Shown: piece by piece, positions 18,209 to 25,010 of the stretch
Layout of the letters: each line of letters starts with the position of its first letter
How positions within the stretch are numbered: the first letter of the stretch is position 1
Source: Tepidisphaeraceae bacterium
GTDB taxonomy: Bacteria > Planctomycetota > Phycisphaerae > Tepidisphaerales > Tepidisphaeraceae
DNA: 64,000 bases
Assembly (NCBI GenBank): GCA_036387255.1
Contig: DASVUC010000183.1
Location: 10,973 to 74,972, forward strand
Direction: 5' to 3'
Position numbers and translations under genes: made by a program
The notes under the pieces: model-generated
What the model saw: only the letters and a program-made list of their open reading frames with translations
The model's database searches: none
Told to the model about the DNA's origin: nothing

Positions 18209-18555
18209 GCACTCGCAGCTTTTTGAAGATCGAGGATGATCTGGTCGTCGAGCTGAACGACGAGACGCTGCGGTTCATTGTGCAGGATCCGATGCCGGCC
18301 GAACGCGACGCGCGTGACTGAGCCGCGGTTTCCACTGATAGGGCCTTCAAAGTCGAGGTAGGCCGGGCGATGTGAGGGGATGGGTTGTAGCTGCGTTTTC
18401 GTTGAAACGGGCCAATCGCTCGCGCGCCAGCTTTCAAGCCGTGAGCCTGGCGCGATTTCGAACATCAAATCGAAGTGCGGATCGTCAACGCCTTCGTGCC
18501 TCAGCACGACGTAACGCAGCGCGGGTTGGGCAGGTTCCGCTGGCACATTAAGCAA
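18205..18555 (-). CDS. LigD_N-like (DNA ligase D 3'-phosphoesterase-like) domain protein, stand-alone
   Basis: RYVVLRHEGVDDPHFDLMFE...ESWRA...SHRPAYLDFEGPISGNRGSV parallels the LigD-PE pattern (QKH...LHYDFRLE...KSWAVPKGP...DHPLEY..FEG). The start is TTG 18555 or GTG 18546, abutting the upstream AKR stop. Confidence 0.5.
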   Translation of the reverse strand: MLNVPAEPAQPALRYVVLRHEGVDDPHFDLMFEIAPGSRLESWRASDWPVSTKTQLQPIPSHRPAYLDFEGPISGNRGSVTRVAFGRHRILHNEPQRLVVQLDDQIILDLQKAASA

Positions 18556-19621
18556 TCAGCACCGGCGACGGGACGTAGCTGCTGCGCACTTTGCCTTCAG
18601 GGTTGGTGCTGCTCTTGAGATCGCAGGGATGGGCCTCGGGACCAAGATCCCAGTCGCGCGAGTAATCGTCCACGATCTGGTTCAACTCCGCCTGGCTGAG
18701 GTTTGGCTTGTCTACCGCTTCGCAGGCTTCGCTGATTTCTTTTTCATTCAGGAACGTGCCGGTGATGCTCGTGAGCGCGGGCTGCTGGAGGAGCCATTTG
18801 CACGCAAGCTGGTGGACGTTCATGCCGTGGTCGCTGGCGTAGTGACGAATCAGCTCGAGCTTCTTCAAGCCGTAAATTTTCCAGGCCTGATCGCGGAACT
18901 TGCGGTGATCGTCAGCTGCGAGCGTGGTGTCGATCTTCACAGCGTCCTTGAGAATGGAGCTGTTGTCGTGGACGCGGGCGACGACGCCAGCCTTGGTGGC
19001 GTGTGCGGTCTCGCAGAACTCGCGGCCGGGGTGCTGCTCAAACATGTTAAAGACAGTTTGGACAGCCTTGGCGTTGTACTTCAGCATCGCCTCGAAGCCC
19101 TCTTCGCGCCAGCCGATCGCCGGGCCGAGGGAGACGCCCCAGGCCCTGATCTTGCCTTCGTCCTTCACCTTCTCGAGCTCGGCGAAAAGATCATCGCGGT
19201 ACTGCGGGAGCTTGATGTTGTGGGCCATGTAAAGATCAATGACGTCGGTGCCGAGACGCTGGAGGGATTTTTCCAAAGCGTTTCGCATGAACTGGGGAGA
19301 GAAATCCTGCTTGCGCTCGCGGTGCGAGCCGGGGGTGCCGGGGTCGGAGTACCAGTCATAGCCAAACTTGCCGCCAATCTCGATCTGATCGCGACTGACG
19401 ACGCCGGACTGGATGAATCGGCCGAGGAGTTCTTCCGCGCGGCCGTTACCGTAGGCATCGCCGTTGTCGAAGAAGGTGATGCCCTGATCGAAGCTGAACT
19501 TCATGAGATCCAGGGCGCGCTGGTCGTCGTAGTGACCCCACCAGTCGACGCCGAAGATCCAGCAGCCGAGCGAGATGGCCGAGACTTCAAGACCAGAATT
19601 ACCGAACAGACGACGTTGCAT
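18548..19621 (-). CDS. Aldo/keto reductase (cytoplasmic type, no signal peptide)
   Basis: Motifs: MQRRLFGNSGLEVSAISLGCW, FFDNGDAYGNGRAEELLG, IDLYMAH. Confidence 0.85.
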   Translation of the reverse strand: MQRRLFGNSGLEVSAISLGCWIFGVDWWGHYDDQRALDLMKFSFDQGITFFDNGDAYGNGRAEELLGRFIQSGVVSRDQIEIGGKFGYDWYSDPGTPGSHRERKQDFSPQFMRNALEKSLQRLGTDVIDLYMAHNIKLPQYRDDLFAELEKVKDEGKIRAWGVSLGPAIGWREEGFEAMLKYNAKAVQTVFNMFEQHPGREFCETAHATKAGVVARVHDNSSILKDAVKIDTTLAADDHRKFRDQAWKIYGLKKLELIRHYASDHGMNVHQLACKWLLQQPALTSITGTFLNEKEISEACEAVDKPNLSQAELNQIVDDYSRDWDLGPEAHPCDLKSSTNPEGKVRSSYVPSPVLIA

Positions 19622-19835
19622 GCCTGAGCTCCAAAACAGGGAACGGTGGGAATGATACGGACTGGAACGCGGCTGGCCAATGTCGCGGAGTCGCGCCAGA
19701 AAGTCGCCGCGCGGAACTGCCCTGCGGAGAGGATGGAAACGTAAGTCTCGGACAGTTCACTTCTAAGCGCACCTCGGCGGGCTGAGCGGGAAGACGGCAC
19801 CTCGGTTGCAGAGATTTTCTCCACGGTTTCTTTGT

Positions 19836-19853
19836 CCGGCGCGATCGCGCCGG
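19836..19853. promoter_or_regulatory. Perfect 18-bp palindrome abutting the SD of the downstream small gene
   Basis: ccggcgcgatcgcgccgg is followed directly by aggagg (19855..19860) and ATG 19867. Confidence 0.3.
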
Positions 19854-19866
19854 CAGGAGGTTTACT

Positions 19867-20139
19867 ATGGCTTCGAGCGAAACGACTACAGACCACGAAG
19901 AGATCCGCAAGTGGGTCGAAGAGCGCGGCGGACACCCCGCGTGCGTGCGCGGCACCGGCGACTCGGAAGACGTCGGCCTGCTCCGCATCGACTACCCCGG
20001 TTACAGCGGAGAGGACAAGCTCCAGGAAATCACCTGGGAAGAGTTCTTCGAGAAGTTCGAAGAGAGCAAGCTGGCGTTCCTGTATCAGGACGAGAAGGAC
20101 AGCCGCTTCAGCAAGCTGGTGAAACGGCAGCACAATTAG
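19867..20139 (+). CDS. Small conserved hypothetical protein (90 aa)
   Basis: AGGAGG SD. TTDHEEIRKWVEERGGHPA...LLRIDYPGYSGEDKLQEITWEEFFEKFEE matches a widespread small-protein family that I recall but cannot name. Confidence 0.65.
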   Translation: MASSETTTDHEEIRKWVEERGGHPACVRGTGDSEDVGLLRIDYPGYSGEDKLQEITWEEFFEKFEESKLAFLYQDEKDSRFSKLVKRQHN

Positions 20140-20272
20140 GCGAATGCTCATGCACGGAGGCAATAAGCGAATGCATCATTTAGCGACACGTCGCGCTGCG
20201 GGAGTGGTGTGTCGCTGAGGTGCGCGCGGGGGTGGAGAGAATCTGACCCGGCTGGGGGGACCTTTGAACAAA

Positions 20273-20851
20273 CTACTTCGGGTGCGGAATATCCGCGGCC
20301 ACGGTCGCGAGCTTGCCAGACTTCACGCGCTCGCGCTCTTCCGCCACCCATGGAATCTTTCCCGCATTTCGGTCCATCCACAGCGGTATCGGCGTTCGCT
20401 GCCCCTTCTTGTCCAGCTCCGTAAACTCCACCACCACGTCTTCGCGCGTGTAGCTGGAAAGGTCGTGCAGCTTGCCCATATGGATGCAATCGGTCGGGCA
20501 AGGCTCCGTGCAGAGGGCGCAAAAGAGGCACTTGCTGTAGTCGATGGCGTAGCGAAGGAGGATGCCGCCCTTGGGGTCAACCTTGCCCGTCTTCTTGTCG
20601 ATCTTTCGGGCGGCGGTCTTGTCGATGTAGATGCAGTCGACGGGGCAGGCCTTGGCGCACATGTCACAGGCGATGCACTTGTCGGCTTCAAATTCGTGGA
20701 TGCCGCGGTAGCGCGGCGCAAAGGTGAGCCGCTGCTCGGGATATTGCACGGTGACGGTTTTCTGGAAGCAGTACTTCAGCGTGATCTTCATCCCGATCGC
20801 GATCGATGAGACATTGTCGAAGATGTTCTTGAAGTAAGCAGCTGGGGTCAT
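20273..20851 (-). CDS. nuoI: NADH-quinone oxidoreductase subunit I (2x[4Fe-4S] ferredoxin-type)
   Basis: Motifs: MTPAAYFKNIFD..., YPEQR, CIACDMCAKACP and CLFCALCTEPCP. The track start at 20857 is TTG; ATG 20851 is preferred. Confidence 0.8.
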   Translation of the reverse strand: MTPAAYFKNIFDNVSSIAIGMKITLKYCFQKTVTVQYPEQRLTFAPRYRGIHEFEADKCIACDMCAKACPVDCIYIDKTAARKIDKKTGKVDPKGGILLRYAIDYSKCLFCALCTEPCPTDCIHMGKLHDLSSYTREDVVVEFTELDKKGQRTPIPLWMDRNAGKIPWVAEERERVKSGKLATVAADIPHPK

Positions 20852-20932
20852 TTGCAACTAGTTTAGATGGAAGCTTCCGGAGGTAAAGGCCCGCAGTGGA
20901 CTTTAGCGCGCCCAGATGCCGATGGACAACAT

Positions 20933-21154
20933 ATGGCGAACAAAATCGTCTGGTCGTCGCTGCGCTTCACCATCGTCAGTTTGCTGTCATTTCTGGTACT
21001 GCTGGCGTTTGTTTTGGCTTACCAGGGACTGTATCTGGAGCTGACGGGACAGGTTGTGAAGGGGGCCGCCACGTTGGCTTCTTCCCTGTTGACAGCCACC
21101 GGAGCGGCGCTGCTGATTCGGTATCGGGATGAGCTGATTGATGTGCGGGATTAA
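20933..21154 (+). CDS. Small two-TM hypothetical protein
   Basis: MANKIVWSSLRFTIVSLLSFLVLLAFVLAY...AATLASSLLTATGAALLI. The SD is weak. Its 3' end overlaps the convergent gene by 4 nt. Confidence 0.35.
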   Translation: MANKIVWSSLRFTIVSLLSFLVLLAFVLAYQGLYLELTGQVVKGAATLASSLLTATGAALLIRYRDELIDVRD

Positions 21155-21822
21155 TCGACAGTTCCGGCTAATGCGCGGGTGACCCGGGCGGAGAATTCGC
21201 TGGCGCCAAAGCGAGGCGTGATAACTTGAATCGCTTCCATGCCGCGGGCGGGTTGGATGATGAAGCTGGTCTGGGCGAGATTTTCGCCCCAGCGTTCGTC
21301 GCTGGTTTCATCGGTCACCAGCACCGCTTCCGCGGCTTCTTCCGCGATGCCGAACAGTCGCAGTCGCACCGACGTCTCGAGGTTCAGCCCGGGGTCAGAG
21401 CACAACATTTCCAGGCGCTGGAAGTCCATCTCCATTCGCAAGGAGCCGAAGCAGGCGCCGGGGGAGGCGTCCAGCTTTTGGACCGGCGAAAGTGCGAATC
21501 GTCCGGAAGCTTCACAGGCAGGCAGATGCTGGAGCGCGCCCAGCAACTCGCCGGGCGCACAGGGCCCATCGAGCCGCGCGATCAACGTTCCACCGGGCTG
21601 CTGAAGCGCTTGCGCCAGTGTAGGAATAACGCTGCGCAGATGATCGCGCCGCAAGCGTCCGGAGAGAGGCCGGCCGCTTTCGTCCTGCTCGGCGATGACA
21701 ATTTCAAACGCGCCGGTTTCATCCCCCCACTCGTACGCGATCCCGGAGATCAGGCCGACATCCGGCCAGCCGCCGAACGTCTCGGCGTCCTGCACGGGAA
21801 ACTGCTGCACGCGCACGATCAT
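21151..21822 (-). CDS. Hypothetical protein (about 223 aa)
   Basis: Last gene of the ilvA-led co-directional string. The track start at 21837 is TTG; the first ATG is at 21822 (MIVRVQQFPV). No family recognised. Confidence 0.5.
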   Translation of the reverse strand: MIVRVQQFPVQDAETFGGWPDVGLISGIAYEWGDETGAFEIVIAEQDESGRPLSGRLRRDHLRSVIPTLAQALQQPGGTLIARLDGPCAPGELLGALQHLPACEASGRFALSPVQKLDASPGACFGSLRMEMDFQRLEMLCSDPGLNLETSVRLRLFGIAEEAAEAVLVTDETSDERWGENLAQTSFIIQPARGMEAIQVITPRFGASEFSARVTRALAGTVD

Positions 21823-21882
21823 GAACGACAACCGCAAACAACACGATCCACGGCTTGCGCCCGTGCCACGGTTGATCCTGAA

Positions 21883-22299
21883 CTAGTGTCCGCTGCTCAC
21901 GACTTCAAACGTGCACTCCGGCAGCAGCATGACGTTGACCAGCTTGTTCACGGCGATCTGACCTTCGCCGAGGTCAATCGAAGCGTCATCCTGCGGAAGC
22001 GCGATGTTGAAGTTGGGGCCGGCATGCACGACGAGATTTTTCTCATCCGCGTACAGCACCCAGCCTTGAATCTGTCTTGGCGGTCCCTGAATGGGAGAGG
22101 TAAAATTCCCGCCCGATGGGACGGTGTAGACCTTCCGGGCGCGGGCGCGGATGATCCCGTGGATCAGCGTGTTCGTTTCGCCGGTGTACGTGCCGGTCAG
22201 GTAAAGCTCGTAGCTGGTGCCCGAGGGAGCGAAGACGATCTGCCCGTCGGCCACGCGAATGACCCGCCCCTTGGTTGGAAAATCAAGCGTCGTCGGCAT
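21883..22299 (-). CDS. Hypothetical protein (138 aa, beta-rich)
   Basis: GAGGA SD lies 6 nt upstream of ATG 22299. No family recognised. Confidence 0.55.
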   Translation of the reverse strand: MPTTLDFPTKGRVIRVADGQIVFAPSGTSYELYLTGTYTGETNTLIHGIIRARARKVYTVPSGGNFTSPIQGPPRQIQGWVLYADEKNLVVHAGPNFNIALPQDDASIDLGEGQIAVNKLVNVMLLPECTFEVVSSGH

Positions 22300-22377
22300 T
22301 CTGAATCCTCAAAAGCTCGCGACACTGTAGTCAGAGCATCTGAAAAGAAAAGCGCCGGAAGCGGTGCGCACAAGCGG

Positions 22378-22731
22378 CTACTTCTGCACCGGCGCCTGAA
22401 GCAACTGCTCCAGGAAGTGTTCGATGCGCCAGAACAGAGAATTCCGTCCCTCCAGGTCGCAGGCATGAATCTTCCGCGGGCCAAACTGAATCGAGATGTC
22501 GTTCGGGTCGGCGGTCCACGCGCGGCGCAGCCAGGGCTTGGTGACGATCTCGTGGAAATGCTGGAGCATCTCGCCGAGTTCCCGCAGCTGGTCGCGCGTC
22601 AGTTGAAGGCGTTGCTCGCCGCCGGGGCCGCTCGCAATCAGCAAGCCGGCGTGATCGACGCTGACGCGGGTCCAAGCCCCTTCCTGCTGCCGGCGGGTGT
22701 ATTCCAGGTTGTGCTCGAGCAGAACATCCAT
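22378..22731 (-). CDS. Hypothetical protein (117 aa)
   Basis: A perfect AGGAGG lies 9 nt upstream of ATG 22731, which is 15 nt after the ilvA stop. No family recognised. Confidence 0.6.
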   Translation of the reverse strand: MDVLLEHNLEYTRRQQEGAWTRVSVDHAGLLIASGPGGEQRLQLTRDQLRELGEMLQHFHEIVTKPWLRRAWTADPNDISIQFGPRKIHACDLEGRNSLFWRIEHFLEQLLQAPVQK

Positions 22732-22746
22732 GTTCAGCGGCCTCCT

Positions 22747-23982
22747 CTAGCGCATTTCGAAGCGAATGTTGGCGGCGTTGAGCGCAGCGGAAATCTCGTT
22801 GATGTGCTGGAAGTCGCGCGTTTCCAGGATACACGCGATGTTCACCATCGCCACGTCCGCGGGACCGAACTGGCGATCGTGATCCACCTCTTTTACGCTC
22901 GCGCCGGTCTTGGCCAGGATCGAGAGCAGATGCGCGAGTGAGCCGGCTTTATCCGGGACTCGCGCGGTGACACGACAGAGCCTACCGTCGGCAGCCAACC
23001 CGCGCTCGATGATCTTAGAGATGAGATTGACGTCGATATTGCCGCCGGAGAGCACGAGGACAACCTTCTTGCCGGCGAGGTCAAACGCCGGGTTCATGGC
23101 TGCCGCGAGCGGCACGGCGCCGGCCCCTTCGACCATGGTCTTTTCAAGCTCCAGCAGCCGAAGCACCGCCTGGGCAATGACGGGTTCGTCGACGAGAAGG
23201 ATCTCGTCGATCACGTTCCTGGCGATCTCGTAACAGAGCTTGCCGCATTCCGCGACGGCAAGACCATCGGCGAGGGTGGGACTCGTGGTGACGGCGGTGA
23301 CGCCGCCCTGGTGCAGCGAAACCTCCAGCGTGGGCGCGTTCACCGGTTCCACACCGAGGACGCGCACGGAAGGCTTCAACGCCTTGAGTGCCGTCCCGAC
23401 GCCCGCGATCAGGCCCCCGCCGCCGATGGGGATGATCGCCACATCGACATCCGGCACGTCTTCCAGGATCTCCAAACCAATCGTTCCCGCGCCGGCGATG
23501 ATTTCGGGGTCATCGAAGCCGGAGATGAATTCGAGCCCGCGCTGTTCTGACAGTTCGAGTGCATGGCGGCGGGCGTCGGCGTAGCTCTCGCCGCACTGAA
23601 TGATCTGTGCGCCAAACGACCGGCAGTTCGCCACCTTCACCAGCGGCGCACCGAGCGGCATCACGACGGTGACCGGGATCTTCAGAAGCTGGCCGTGGTA
23701 CGCGAGGGCGAGCGCGTGATTGCCTGCGGAGGCGGCGATAACGCCCCGCTTCTTCACGTCATCCGGAAGTTGCAGCAGCTTGTTCCGCGCACCGCGCTCT
23801 TTGAAGGAACCGGTGATCTGAAGGTGGTCGAGCTTGCAGTAAATTTCGCAGCCGCACAGACGCGACAGCGCCAGAGAATAGGGGCACGGGCTGCGGTAAA
23901 CGCCGTCGGCGATGCGCTCCCGCGCGGCGCGGATGCTCTCGACCGAGACCGTGCCATCCAGAACCATCGTGTGCGTTAACAT
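22747..23982 (-). CDS. ilvA: Threonine ammonia-lyase (threonine dehydratase, short form with one C-terminal regulatory domain)
   Basis: Motifs: QITGSFKERGARNKL (PLP lysine), SAGNHALALA, GGGGLIAG, plus an ACT-like C-terminus. Confidence 0.9.
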   Translation of the reverse strand: MLTHTMVLDGTVSVESIRAARERIADGVYRSPCPYSLALSRLCGCEIYCKLDHLQITGSFKERGARNKLLQLPDDVKKRGVIAASAGNHALALAYHGQLLKIPVTVVMPLGAPLVKVANCRSFGAQIIQCGESYADARRHALELSEQRGLEFISGFDDPEIIAGAGTIGLEILEDVPDVDVAIIPIGGGGLIAGVGTALKALKPSVRVLGVEPVNAPTLEVSLHQGGVTAVTTSPTLADGLAVAECGKLCYEIARNVIDEILLVDEPVIAQAVLRLLELEKTMVEGAGAVPLAAAMNPAFDLAGKKVVLVLSGGNIDVNLISKIIERGLAADGRLCRVTARVPDKAGSLAHLLSILAKTGASVKEVDHDRQFGPADVAMVNIACILETRDFQHINEISAALNAANIRFEMR

Positions 23983-24212
23983 CTCAACCTCGTCGATACT
24001 GCATTGAGCGAAGTTCCGTAACTTTGCGGCTGGTAGCCGGCCTATTGATGTTATCGGCCAGCGTTAACCTGTGCCGCCTGCGTCGATCATATCATCCGTA
24101 ACAGCAAGCGCTTGCACTGAAATGCCGAAAAAGCGCCACACCGTTCCCCTCACCCTCCCCACCGGCCCAGGTTCGGATTGAAACGCGGTTTTGCCCCTGT
24201 CATCATGCCCTC

Positions 24213-24956
24213 ATGGTGGAACGCGCGGCCCGGAGCAAACGCTTTGATTTCGCCCCCGGGCGCCGCATCGCCGGGAAGTACGAGGTCGAGCGCCTGCTCG
24301 GCTCGGGATGGGAGGGCGAAGTCTACTCCATCATCGAAAGGTCCACCGGCATCCGTCGAGCCGCGAAATTTTATTACCCACATCGCGATCCGATGGGCAA
24401 GGCGGCGATTACCTATGCGCGGAAGCTGGACGCGCTGCGTCACTGCCCGATCCTGATGCAATATCACCACCAGGAAATCGCGTACGTGAAGAAGCGCAAG
24501 GTGCTGGTGGTGATCTCAGAGTTGGTGGAGGGGAAGAAGCTCAGCGAGTTTTTATTCGACCAACCGAAGCATGCGCTCTCAACATTCGAGGCGCTGCACG
24601 TGCTGTATTCGCTGGCAAAGGGAATCGCGCCGATCCATCTGCGCGGCGAGTACCACGGGGATATCCATGATGAGAACATCATGATTCGCCGGCAGGGGAT
24701 CGGATTTGATCTGAAGCTGCTGGATTTTTTCGACCTGGGGAAGCCGACGCGGAGCAAGATTCACAAGGACGTGCTGAACCTGATCCAGGTTTTTTACACC
24801 ATCGTGGGTGGCCGCGAGCGGTACAACAAGCAGCCGAAGGTCGTCAAAGATATCATTCGGGGGCAGAAGGATTCCCTCATCCTGGCAAGGTTTCAGAGCG
24901 CGGCGGACATCCAGCATCATCTGGAGAATCTTCAGTGGGATGAGCAGAAGCTGTGA
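24213..24956 (+). CDS. Minimal protein-kinase-like fold protein (247 aa)
   Basis: G-loop LLGSGWEGEVY, RRAAKFY (VAIK-like Lys), YHGDIHDENIMI (catalytic loop), LLDFFDLG (DFG-equivalent). There is no canonical activation segment or APE motif. Confidence 0.7.
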   Translation: MVERAARSKRFDFAPGRRIAGKYEVERLLGSGWEGEVYSIIERSTGIRRAAKFYYPHRDPMGKAAITYARKLDALRHCPILMQYHHQEIAYVKKRKVLVVISELVEGKKLSEFLFDQPKHALSTFEALHVLYSLAKGIAPIHLRGEYHGDIHDENIMIRRQGIGFDLKLLDFFDLGKPTRSKIHKDVLNLIQVFYTIVGGRERYNKQPKVVKDIIRGQKDSLILARFQSAADIQHHLENLQWDEQKL

Positions 24957-25010
24957 TCTCGCGCAGCTGCACTCGCCTGATACGGCTCACGGATAGCTAT
25001 TCGTGGGGTG

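Noticed and set aside
21226-22941. Very long ORFs opposite well-supported genes. Examples: 21226..22941 (+), 25890..27623 (+), 42717..44156 (+), 53621..54595 (+), 1254..2378 (+), 15734..16639 (+), 18629..19627 (+), 56349..57197 (+) and 59208..59822 (+).
   Set aside because: Each is the mirror frame of a gene with clear family motifs (ilvA, rnr, lpdA, the permease, larC, the SDR, the AKR, the RTX-like protein, the GNAT). Their products are R/H/P/G-rich with no recognisable motifs. Stop-poor antisense frames are expected at this GC content.
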